64,000 nucleotides of DNA from a virus. Lineage: Duplodnaviria > Caudoviricetes. The stretch lies in IMG/VR virus record IMGVR_UViG_3300032038_000010, positions 32,001 through 96,000 of that record. One strand, written 5' to 3'. Below, in pieces: positions 1 through 10,996 of this stretch. The notes beneath the pieces are model-generated. The model made no database searches, was not told the DNA's origin, and saw only the letters and a list, made by a program, of their open reading frames with translations. The position numbers were made by a program, and so were the translations under genes. The first letter of the stretch is position 1. The number at the start of each line of letters is the position of its first letter.

Positions 1-952
1 CTAATTTCTTAAGTTTTCTTCTCTAACTAGTTATATTCTTACGAGATAACTACTTAATGATTTTACCAGTCTGAATAACTCTAATATTTTTCTTTAAGAA
101 AGTCATTCCATGACCTATTTTAGTAATTTTTATTTTGGTAGGTTTTAAAGTTAAATCTAACGCATCAGCTTCTTCATGTAACGCATTGACAATTTGTAAT
201 GCTTCTTCTTTAGTATGGACAATCGCATAGCTATCATCCATATATCTACCATAATATTTACAATGCTCTTTCTATTTAATTCTCTTATCTAATGAAGTAG
301 GATAATAAATAGCGCAGATTTGAGATACTTGGCTACCTAGACCAAGCCCTCTATTTCCGAAGCAATTAATAAAATATTCAGTTAATTCTAATATATCTTT
401 ATCTGGAATGATTTGCTAAAGTTTCTAAAATAATATCTAATGATTAATGCTATTAAAGAAATCGGAGAAATCAAATACAACTACATAAAAATCATTTCCC
501 CATTCTCTATATGCTTTCTCTAAATGTTTATACAATCTCTATAAAGTAAATTGAACACCTTTGTCCTTTAAACTAGCGCCATTATCATATATTAGATATT
601 TCTGAATTACAGGAATAAGGTAATAATCGCATAAACATCTTTGAACAACTCTTTCAGATATATGTACTGCACGAATATGTCTTTTCTTTCCACGCTACAT
701 AATATTAAACTAAACAAAACCTCTGCTTTTATAGGTTTTATTTAATAATCGATTGCGTAATTCAATTAATTCAGTTGGAAAATTTTGCTAATATATTTGA
801 ATACTAGCTTTCCACCTAACACCTTTTCTACATTGAAAAAATGAACTAATTAAATTATCTAATGAAAACAACTAATCTAATGTATGTGGAATATTATCTT
901 TCTTATTCGCTTTCTTTTGTTGTTGTCGTATGATTCTATTAATCTTTTTCAT
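1..952 (-). CDS. DGR reverse transcriptase (3' end runs off the window; 11 in-frame TAG)
   Basis: ATG at 952 reads MKKINRII...CRKGVRWKAS...RGKKRHIRAVHISERVVQRCLCD...FDFSDFFNSINH...GLGLGSQVSQ...YGRYMDDSY. RT motifs including YMDD stay in one frame, broken only by TAG. Adjacent to TR and avd. Confidence 0.95.
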
Positions 953-1257
953 AATATTAAACAAAAAAAATATTCCCAAGGCAGTGGGTGGTAATATCTA
1001 ATTTACTAACTGCTTATATAATAAGATTTGAAAAATTGAATAAATTAGAAAAACTTCAATTCCAAGCGTAGGTAGCAAACACTCATTATATCCTGAGAAT
1101 CAATTTAATAAATTAAAAATAATTTATAGAGTCATCAGTTCCTTCAAATGTTTATTTCAATAATTATATACTAAATTTATAGTACCACAAGACACTATAA
1201 TAAAGTTATATCCTAGATCAGCCTCATTACCAATCTATCTAACAGATAGTATATATA

Positions 1258-1287
1258 ATTTAAATGTTTAAGAATAAACATTTAAAT
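1258..1287 (-). other. Perfect 13-bp hairpin immediately 3' of TR (IMH* side)
   Basis: ATTTAAATGTTTA-agaa-TAAACATTTAAAT on the + strand. Confidence 0.7.
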
Positions 1288-1415
1288 CGCAGGCAACAAA
1301 CCCATTGTTACCGTTGGCCGCGTTATTGTTGTTGGCACTCCCGTTCGAGTTCACATTGCAGAAGTTATTTGAATTGCCCGAATTAACTGAACGCAAGAAC
1401 CAGTTATTAGCGGAA
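1288..1415 (-). repeat. DGR template repeat (TR)
   Basis: 128-bp copy of 2108-2235. It has 19 mismatches, all at coding-strand adenines of this copy, and is rich in AAC/AAT codons (SANNWFLRSVNSGNSNNFCNVNSNGSANNNNAANGNNGFVAC). Confidence 0.97.
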
Positions 1416-1436
1416 GGGCGCATAAAGCGCCCTTCC
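1412..1436 (-). other. Perfect 10-bp GC-rich hairpin at the 5' boundary of TR
   Basis: GGAAGGGCGC-ataaa-GCGCCCTTCC. No 3' U-tract in either orientation, so not a typical terminator. Confidence 0.7.
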
Positions 1437-1620
1437 AAAACTAACAAACAGTATCCTTTTTAAGCGAAACAAAATTAAAACAAGTAAATAAGGAAAACTA
1501 GAATATGAAGACGAAGTATCAGGAGAAAACTGACCAACAATCAACGAAATAAGTCCAACTTCACTTCGAGATCATTGCTAGTTTCCAACTAATAACTCGT
1601 TACTATTTTTGGTTGATAAG

Positions 1621-2043
1621 TTACTTTTTATTCATCTTTCTATGGTCATTCGCTAAATCATGAATGGCATTATCTAAAGATTGAATACATTTGAACAATT
1701 GATTATATAATTGTTCTTTCTAATGCGGAGTCATTTGTTTATGGTCATCATATAACTCTGTATAGACTGACAGTTCAGCATTAAATGCTTGTAGCGTAGT
1801 ATAGGCTTGCATTAAAGCGTCATGGGCTTCTTCATAATCTTTCTAATTAGCCATTTTTCTATAAAAATTATATCCTATAACCTAGTGCTAGTAAACAAAT
1901 TGAGCCATCCCCTAGAACTTACCTAAGAAAGTAAGATTAAAACGCTTTTTCTACCCATATCTAAATAACATGACAACTAAATCTCTGCCGTCTTTTAAAT
2001 ATTCTGTAGAAGCAAGGTCTCTACTAGATACTAGAACTGACAC
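1621..2043 (-). CDS. avd: Avd-like DGR accessory protein, 140 aa (6 in-frame TAG; missed by ORF track)
   Basis: AAAGGAGGTG RBS and GTG start, MSVLVSSRDLASTEYLKDGRDL..., helical composition, ends TAA at 1621. Size and position between target and TR are typical of avd. Confidence 0.8.
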
Positions 2044-2096
2044 CGATTAGTTCACCTCCTTTCTATATCCTTCTATATATCGAAAAATTTTACCCA

Positions 2097-4187
2097 TTAA
2101 GCTGAAGCGCAGGCAACAAACCCATAGCCACCGGCGGCCGCGCGATTGTAGTCGGCACTCCCGCCCGAGCTCACAAGGCAGAAGTAATGTGAACTGCCCG
2201 AATAAACTGAACGCAAGAACCAGTGATTAGCGGAATTCGTTGGCGTACCATCTACGTTTGTCCAATGCATTATTTTACGAGAAGAGGTCTTAAAGTAGGT
2301 GTACTGCGTACCTTCGTTTGCAGGAGCATACTTCTTAGCACCTTGTACTTCAAACTCAGATAACATAAATATCTTCTCACTAGAGTCACTTTGCGTAGCA
2401 GAATTATATGACATACAAGTTTTTCTTGTAGTTGTCTTAATAACTTCCTGCCATGGAGTAGGCATAGCTTTTAAGAAGGTATCATTTAACCAAGTACGAC
2501 GTGCGCATTGTGCCCAGCCACCATTATTAGTGTTACTGGAACCATTCATAGTAGAACCACCATTGTTATCACCTTTAACCATTAGGTCTTGCATCCCGAT
2601 AGTGACAGAAGCTGTCGTTTTACCATCTTTAGGAGTAGCAAGTGTATCATGATCAAAATCTAAAATAACAAATCTCATTTTTTGAGCTACATGAGATGCG
2701 GTACCAGGCCATTCTCCTGCATTATTTCCAGATAATTCATTCATAGCAGCTAAATCCATTACAGTAGCCTCATTAACTGCCCAATAATCTTGTAAATTAA
2801 TTCCATTCTCTCCATAAGATGCTTCAATCATTGCAGCAAGCTGTTCTGGTGTACCTTCAGTAAACTGAACCAATTCCAAAAACGTACATTTAACTGCATT
2901 ATCTTTACTTAAATGAGTAGAGATAACAATATTCTATGTTTTAGTTGTTTTACCCTTAGTAGCAGTTACGGTATAAGTATCTGACTTATGAATAACTAAC
3001 ATAGTAGTACCATCATCACCAATAGTGCCTGTATATTCTTCTTTAGTATTAACACCAACAGCTTTAACACTAGCACCTTTATCAGAAGTAACAGTTAACC
3101 AAGCAGTAAAGTACTGATATGTCATTGAATATGATTGCTGTCCATTCGCAATAGCCGTTCTTGAAGCAGTAGCCGCAGGTGTCATCAATCCATCTACTTC
3201 ACTTACACTAACTGTATAACTATGACCAGGTAGAATAACAGCTTTAGCCTCTCCTGCTGCCGTCATAGAAAGATTCTGTGTATACTGACTATCTGTTTGG
3301 TCTGTAACAGTAATAGTATGCGCTCCAAGCTCAGGAACATCTACTCCTTCAATAGGAGCTACACTCGTTGTGATAGTAACAACTTCGCCTTCTACTGTGG
3401 TAACATTAAACTGTGCAACTCTAGTTACTCCACCTTCAGAATATGAAACAGTAATTGTCTGAGGGTCAGTTGCAACAGAAGCAGCAGTTGTCGGTGAATA
3501 AGTAATATTCTCATTGTCCAACACTTCTGTATTACCACTAGTATATGTAGCAGTAACAACCATACCATCAATATTAATAGGATCATTAGCATTATAAGTT
3601 AGCTGAGTAGGTTTCGTAGTAATCTCAATACTATCAAGAACTCTTGATACTGTAAAGCTCTGTGTAGTAGTCTTAGTTACATCACCTTCAGTATAACTTA
3701 CTGTAAATGACTTATCATCTTCATACAGTGCGGTCCCCGCTACAGGGTCTACCGTAACTGAACTTGTGACGTTTTCAGTGGCGCCGCTATTATACTTTGC
3801 AGTAACAACCATACCAGATAGATTAAGCGTTTCACCTGCTGTATAACTTAATTTAGTAGGTGCTTTTGTAATCTCAATGCTATCAAGTGTTCTAGTAACA
3901 ATAATAGGCTGATTTGCTGGATGCGTTGCCCCAGTTGAATCAGTATAAGAAATATCAATCTTTGTTACAGTTTCATATACTGGAGTTCCTTCTGCAGGGA
4001 CATAAGTACAAGAATTAGTAACATCGTCTGAAGTACCATCAGACCATACTGCAACTATCTTTAATCCTGTTAAGTCAAGAAGCTCTCCAGCTTTATAATT
4101 TGTTTTAGTAGGTCTACTAGCAATTTGTAATGTACGCAGCTTTACAGTTCCGTCACCTGACCCACTAGTTAAAAATACTTTCCCCAT
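2097..4187 (-). CDS. DGR target: tail/adhesion protein with three Big_3-type Ig-like repeats and a C-terminal CLec-like (DUF6273-like) variable domain, 696 aa
   Basis: ORFs 2934-4187 and 2097-2879 join in frame through one TAG at 2934. Repeats of the form SIEIT.PTKL.Y.AGE.L.L.GMVVTA.Y. The C-terminus WFLRS...G.A....A....GFVAC is encoded by the VR. Confidence 0.9.
2108..2235 (-). repeat. DGR variable repeat (VR) at the 3' end of the target gene
   Basis: Matches TR except for 19 A-to-N substitutions. The GGGTTTGTTGCCTGCG end is invariant, followed by IMH divergence. Confidence 0.97.
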
Positions 4188-4204
4188 TCTCTATTTATCT
4201 CCTT

Positions 4205-4783
4205 TTACTCATCTTCCGCAGCTAATACTGCTATTTGTATATTAATATCAATAGCGTGAGAACTAACAGCATAAAAAATAATACCATTATCTATAGTCTC
4301 ACCATAATAAATATCTGAAAAAGCAAGAGTAGCACCTAAGTCCTTAGCTCCTGCTTCAGAATTTAAACCAACTAATACACTCATAGCTGAAGTAATTCCA
4401 TCAATAGCTACTGTTTGCGTAAAATAACTGTCAGCGGCGACCCACCCAGACCCAGATAAGGTAGCCGTATAGACGGCCGCCACAGATGAAGAAACCGCAC
4501 TCAGCATACCATTTGCATCTGCTGTAATAGTAGTTCCATCAGGTTTAACTAAACCTAACTTATCTTTCGTAGCGGCGCCTGGCTTATTTAAAATCTGCGC
4601 GCGCCCCTTCGTAGCGTTCCAATCTGGAGTTGGATTAATTTCATGTCTAGTTATACCACCATCATCGTCGGCCGCATCTATAAATAATCCACTATCATCT
4701 GTTGTTAAGTAGAACTTTCCGTCAGATAATGTGGCTGGTAGTCTCCCGCTCGGACCACGATTCAAAAGTTTATCTTCTGCCAT
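4205..4783 (-). CDS. Tail fibre-associated protein, 192 aa
   Basis: ORF track. ATKDKLGLVKPDGTTI fibre-like motif; C-terminal domain resembles that of 4797-5174. Confidence 0.6.
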   Translation of the reverse strand: MAEDKLLNRGPSGRLPATLSDGKFYLTTDDSGLFIDAADDDGGITRHEINPTPDWNATKGRAQILNKPGAATKDKLGLVKPDGTTITADANGMLSAVSSSVAAVYTATLSGSGWVAADSYFTQTVAIDGITSAMSVLVGLNSEAGAKDLGATLAFSDIYYGETIDNGIIFYAVSSHAIDINIQIAVLAAEDE

Positions 4784-4796
4784 TTCATTACCTCAC

Positions 4797-5174
4797 TTAT
4801 ACTACACTTAACATACCAATTTTAACTTGTAAGTCTATATCAGGTTTTGTGTCTGCATAAACCGTGATAAAGTTTTTTCCAGTTACACCGTAATAAATAT
4901 AAGCAAACTCTGTTGCTAAGTCATCGTTTTTCATAGCACCCTGATCTGCTGACATAATAATATCAGTTTTATCAGTTATACCATCTACTGTAACGGTTTG
5001 AATGAAGCGACCAGAATTATCACTAATCTCAGTCCAGCCAGACGCAGGGAAAGTTACAGTTAATACTGCGTTCATATCTCCTACAGTTTCACTCAAAGCG
5101 CTAATTTGCTTTTGCAAATCTAAAGCAGATTGTACTTGTTGTACTACATAAGCTGCCTCAGGCCATGCACTCAT
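4797..5174 (-). CDS. Tail fibre-associated protein, 125 aa
   Basis: ORF track. Short coiled coil plus a GW...QTV.VDGIT...IYYG.T domain shared with 4205-4783. Confidence 0.6.
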   Translation of the reverse strand: MSAWPEAAYVVQQVQSALDLQKQISALSETVGDMNAVLTVTFPASGWTEISDNSGRFIQTVTVDGITDKTDIIMSADQGAMKNDDLATEFAYIYYGVTGKNFITVYADTKPDIDLQVKIGMLSVV

Positions 5175-5563
5175 TTTAACTCCTCCTTAATAGATGTGTT
5201 ATTTGAAGAGGTTGTAATAGTTGTTTCCTTTCGGCGCAGTTCTGTACCACTTGGCATTTGACGTAATATAGCACTAATAGTAATAGATTTATCTGAATTA
5301 TTTCTAATTCTAGTTGATACTTGATAATATGACTTTGTACTATCGCCCATAACAGCAGAAGTAGCATAGTTTTCAATAATATTCACTACACCATTAGCGT
5401 CTGTATCAATAGTCGTTGAATGATCACCACCAAGTTTAAACTATTCTTCCAGGTCTAACCCACTTGCCATATCAACCAAATTACCATCCGTACCAAAAGG
5501 AATTAAAGAATTGTATGAACTAGAGTTCTTCTCTCTGATTCCTTTAATTCGTTCTATAGCCAT
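5171..5563 (-). CDS. Hypothetical virion protein, 130 aa (1 TAG)
   Basis: AAGGAG RBS and ATG at 5563 (MAIERIKG...). In frame with ORF 5171-5386 through a TAG. Confidence 0.75.
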
Positions 5564-5619
5564 TCTTAATCTCCTTTTTTACTTCAGTAATAACCTAAAT
5601 ATATTAATCAAAAATGCCC

Positions 5620-7854
5620 TTACTCAGACACCACAAACCAATAACCTTTATCATTTAGTATGGCGGCGTCCGCGTCATCTGGCTTTGAACCAGTACTATC
5701 GGCTTTCGCAACCAGCATCGTAAGATGAGGCTTTACACTTGTAGATGATAAATCCTGGATCTTATACCAACCCTTATTACCGATATAATCATAAGCATAA
5801 AGCTCTATCATACCGCCATTCTCTACAGTTGCAACCCAACCTGCTCTATTTGCGGTCGCCGCATCAGTCCCAAAACCACTCGGATACGCAGCCTTTAAAG
5901 CATCAAGCGAGGTATAATGACCAATGATGTGGTTCCCAGAAAGAATAGGACCTAGATTCTCCCAACGGTATAGCTGGGTCCCCGCACTTTCATTTTTCTT
6001 ACCGTCCGCATCCAGTTCATAATAATTAATCAATCCATCTCTATACTCAGGACTAGACCAGAGAATACATAGATTATCACCATATAATTTTGCATTAACT
6101 ACATAATTTAAGTTATCAGAAATAATTGTTTCATCTCCAATAACAGGGTCGCCACTATCTGTGTGACCTATATTATAATTAGCAAATAGATTCTGCTCTT
6201 GAAGAATATCGCCTTTGTTCTTAATACCAATTTTATTAATTGTTTTCAATTTCAAAGGTAATGTAACAGTATCCTTGACACCATTTGTTTTTGTAGAGTA
6301 AGTAACAACGATAAAATTATCATTATTCAAAGATAAATTATCTACAGACTTTAATGTAGTAGCTAATGTATCTTCATCTCCTGTATTATAGATGATTCTA
6401 ATCGTACCATTATCATCTATAACCATCTATTTAACAAACTTGATTTGTGTAGGAATATATTCAATGTTATGTCCATCCGCATCAGTAGTAGGATAAGAAA
6501 TTACATCACCTTCTGGACTAAGCGTAGGAATATCATTTATAACAATGTTCCCCCTACCATCTCTATTGTAGGTATTATATCTAATAACAAGATTTTGTAG
6601 CTGGTCATCAAAATATACATCTTCAATATTCTTAAATGTACTAACTTGTGTTCTCTCATTTATGTCAGTATACTTGGCATAAACGCTACCATCTTTATCT
6701 ATTGAAAAACCTTCAAGTAGACGAATATTAACAGTATCGTCATCTCCTGCGGTATAATCAATAGTAAGAAGATTAGGAGGAAGCGGGTTCTACTTAATAA
6801 CTTGCCAAACTACTGAACCATCAATAACCTTGCTTCCTTCTACGTAATTAGTTAATACTAAATTGCTATCACTTGTCGTACCTGCGGTTCTACTATCTGA
6901 ATTAGTGCTGCCAATGCACATGAGCAATAACCCGCTAGGTAGTGTATTATTCTTAGCAATAGTACCAATAGCATAAGATGTAGAGCGTGCGGCAGCCTGA
7001 TAAGTAACTGGTTCATTAGTATTACTTGGTGTTATATCTTTAATAACTCTATAAGCACCAATGTTAGTAATTTCCTTTTCACCAGCTTCACTATTTTCAT
7101 AGTTAGTTCTAGTTACTTCAAAATACTGAGCTTCTTCGTCATCTTTATTGACAACTAAATTATTTACATCTGCGCCATGCTTACCTCTAGGTACACTAAT
7201 CTTCCAGCTACCAGTAAAAGGTCTATTAACAGTCTGCTCTGCTAATTCTGCGGGCGCGTCATAAGGACTAACCTCTTCTGCGGAAAGATGTAATACATAG
7301 TATGGAATAGTAATACCTAATTGGCATCCATATACATTACCATCTTTATCCTTTAGCGTAGTATACTTATAAGTAATATTATCTTGTGTATCACCTGCTA
7401 CACTATCAATCTCACCAGTGCCAGACGTTGCGCCATCTGTAATCTCTGACTCTTTTACAATATGCAGTTCTGGAGTCTCGCCCTGCGGACCTACAATCTG
7501 TCCAATATATTCTGCGCCCGCGCCAGGAGCAAGAACATAAGCAGTAAATGCTGTTTTATATGCGGCCGGGTCAGGGTTACCTGTGGTCGGGTCCTTATAG
7601 TCAGATAGGACAGGGGCCGCCGCAATGTCTTCAGTATAATTAAATCCTCTTCGGTAAATTATACCATTCTCAGGGTTTTGCTTCTAATGATTATTTATAA
7701 TAGTATCTATAATAATATACTATCCATAACCTACTTCATTATAACTCCCGCCCTAAGAAAAAGCTTTACACATATCTAATACACTGTCGAAATGTTGTAC
7801 TAGATTATATGTGATGCCTGATTTACCACCATAAAATGATGTTACACTAGACAT
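5620..7854 (-). CDS. Tail tip/baseplate-region protein, ~744 aa (several TAG)
   Basis: AAGGAGG RBS and ATG at 7854 (MSSVTSFYGGKSG...GAEYIGQIVGPQG...). In frame with ORF 5620-6426 across TAGs. Confidence 0.75.
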
Positions 7855-7876
7855 CGTTTTTTCCTCCTTTTAACAC

Positions 7877-8170
7877 TCATTCTCCTGTTACATAATTAAC
7901 AATTACACTTTCAGGAGTATCATAAGTAAAACTTAAAGAAGTAATTAAAGTGTATCCACTTGATTCATACATCCCAGTTCTACCCATCTCTATTAATTCA
8001 CCGTTAACACTAAAGCTAAAACCACTTGAATACTTTTTCTTATTATCAAAAGGCATTAAATCTTTTCTATCTATTGAAATACCTATTTTCATTGTCCCTG
8101 TATTAGAGCCAAGGACATTTACCCCAGCTTTAAATGGCCCTTTAAGTTGACAAATTTTTCCTTCGTTCAT
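7877..8170 (-). CDS. Hypothetical tail protein, 97 aa
   Basis: ORF track with GGAGG RBS. Shares KIGI...I.MGR.G.YE with the C-terminus of the upstream gene. Confidence 0.75.
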   Translation of the reverse strand: MNEGKICQLKGPFKAGVNVLGSNTGTMKIGISIDRKDLMPFDNKKKYSSGFSFSVNGELIEMGRTGMYESSGYTLITSLSFTYDTPESVIVNYVTGE

Positions 8171-8184
8171 TTAATCAACCTCCA

Positions 8185-8943
8185 TTAACCATCATAAGCA
8201 TAATCTAATATAAAATCATGGACATTAGTGTTAATAGAACCATTTGGGGCACTAAAACCAACAAAATTAATTAGAATACCATTATTAACTTCATAAACTC
8301 CAGACCGCCCCACTCTAATAGGTTCATGATTAATACAAATTAAAGATCCAGGTTTCGTTTGAATACCTATCTTTATAGCATTTTCTATTGGTAAAATATT
8401 ATTTACAACAGAAACATCACCATAAGTTTCAAGATTAATACTAGTAGCAATATCATCTCTACTTATAGACTATAGATAATCATAATTAGTTCTACTTAAA
8501 ATAAAACCTAAATACTTATATGTATTATTTGGAGTAAATATAATATCATAAGAAAAATATTCTGTATTTACTCCTTCTATATAAGGTTCTGCTGTAATAT
8601 TAGAATTAATTATTTGATAAGTTCCTTTTTTATATTCACCGCCTGTTGTAGAACCATCATCAGCAAAAAGCTCAAGTTTAAAAGCCAATGAACGAGGGTC
8701 ATTTATATCATTGGTTATAATATAATTATTAAATCTAGGATCATTAATTGCTATTCGTTTAATTCTAAATCTTAAATAATAACTTTTATCAGAAGTAAAT
8801 GACCCATTATTTACAGCAATAGCGTAATCTTTAAATTGTCTATTAGCATATCCTGCTGTGGTAATTGCGGCGGCCCTATAATTTACATCAGACAAATAAG
8901 AAACACTTGAACTTTTCCTTATTTGACCTAATTTATACGCCAT
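8185..8943 (-). CDS. Hypothetical tail protein, 252 aa (1 TAG)
   Basis: ORF 8470-8943 reads through TAG to TAA at 8185 (...KIGIQTKPG...IRVGRSGVYE...DFILDYAYDG). Confidence 0.75.
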
Positions 8944-8959
8944 CCTTTTATCTCCTTAA

Positions 8960-10996
8960 TTATAATTTCTGTTGACATTTATAAGCAGATATATTCATCA
9001 AAGAATCTATATCTAAAGGTAATGATATAGACTGAATCATATAATCTCCATTAATTCCTATAACATTATCTTTCACACTAACTCTTGTGTTAGGTTCAAG
9101 ATAATAAATAGGTATAGATGATAATTGAATAGTTTCATTCATATTAGTATATTGATATAAAAGCTATGTAATTCTTTGATAACAACTATTCTGAGTTCCT
9201 CCTACAGTAAATAAATCAAATAATGTTTGATCTACTTGCATATAATCCTGACCTCTTGCAACGCATTCATTTATTTGCTCTTGTTGCTACTAATCAGATA
9301 AATTAATATCAATAAATACTAAATCTGGTATGGATTGTTCAAAAACACAATTAATTTTATCTTCTGAAACAACTACACTGCGGCGGCCTATATTCTAAAT
9401 ACTATATTGACCAACCTAAGAATTATCATCTATTAAATCTAACCAGTAATTAATTTTACTTGGATTTTCTCTTACACTATCATAGAATTTTTGAGTCTTA
9501 AGATTAAATAATTTAGGCCATTCATTTACTAACTAAGTAAAATAATAAGGTTGAGCAGTACCGGTATCTAAAGCCTCAACACCCTAATAATATAGTTCCT
9601 CTCTCCAATCTACAGTAGTTACAGTATAATTAGGTAATTCAATTTCATTAAATTCTTTTTTAATCTAATTATACATATAATATTTAGGAGAAGTTAAATA
9701 CCCAATTACATATATAGTATTCTACTTCCCCTAAGGAGGAAGAACCTAGACCTATTTCATAAAATCTGCGGCCGCCCTAATTATACCATTATCATCTGTA
9801 TAATAACTTACATAATGTGTTTGGCCTATCTATGGTTTTTTATCTATAGCTAAATGGTATCTAACAGGAATCTACGTCTAGCCATCTGCTAATTTGCGGA
9901 CACCCCAAACTAAGAAATCATTTTTAACATTATTATAATTAGGAGTATTACTTGTACTAGATATTAACTTAGTCCCCTAAAAACTATATACAGATTTTCC
10001 GCTAGAGAAGTCCACATTATAATTAGGATCTCTATTAATATGATTTAATATCTCCGTAGTGTAAGTCGTATTTAAATAATTTTTTATCTCTTGAAAATGA
10101 AAATAACCATTCACATCATAAAAATATTCATAATTACCAAGTGTTGAAATAATTTTATCTAATACACTTGTAACTGTCGCCCCAGCATCACAATTTAAAT
10201 CGCCAGGATAAGTAAAATCAGTTAAAATGAATCCGATGTCGGAACCTGGTTCGTATGTGATAATATCTGACTCCTATACGCCGTAAGCACCTGCGGCCGC
10301 CGTAGCCTAATCATAAGTATAATAGAATTGTCTAGTAATTGTGTCATCTACTGTATGCTATAAATAAAATATAGGTTTATTCCCATTATATCTCATGACT
10401 TGTTTTATTTTATCATCTAAGTCTTCGATAATAATTTTAGCTGCATCTTCAGCCCCAAAATGATTAACAAGCTAATATATTATCTTAGATATAACTGGAT
10501 AAGTTATTTCCCCATATTCATTCTCTTCCTAACTGAAAGTGACTGCAGCGGGTATAACTCCTCCCAAATCTCCATTCAATAAACACATTTTATCTTTAAG
10601 AGAAATATTAATAGTTACTCCCGAATTTTGATGACTCAATGAGACCGCCGCAATCACAAATATTCCTAATGGAAACCAAACTATATCACCATATTTAGGA
10701 TTTATTTCATTCTTAAATCCTAATTCAAGTTTAAGTTTCCTATTAATAGATAAATTTTGATCTATATTAGTTAAATCATTTTCTTGCTCTTCTGCGAACA
10801 TACTAAAATTGGATGTACGCCTTAAAGAAGAATTACCATCTAGGTTTAAAGAGCCTGAAGTAGCTTTACCTTGAATCTCTACTATAGGCTCTTCTCCCCA
10901 AGTTAGTATAGTTAAACGCACATATTGTTCTTTAATTCGCAGATTATCTAATTCTTTAAGAAAAACAGAATCTTGTAAAAAATCTGTACTATTCAT
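8960..10996 (-). CDS. Tail tip/hub protein (DUF5048-like), ~678 aa, TAG-rich
   Basis: ORFs 10529-10999 and 8960-9142 are in the same frame, linked by TAG-only interruptions. TGATG overlap with the upstream gene. C-terminal PIYYLEPNTRV motif. Confidence 0.8.

Noticed and set aside
953-1620. Possible suppressor tRNA or CRISPR array in the DGR intergenic DNA or elsewhere
   Set aside because: I could see no cloverleaf/T-loop signature or regularly spaced repeats anywhere in the window. A tRNAscan-SE/ARAGORN run would be needed to exclude one.
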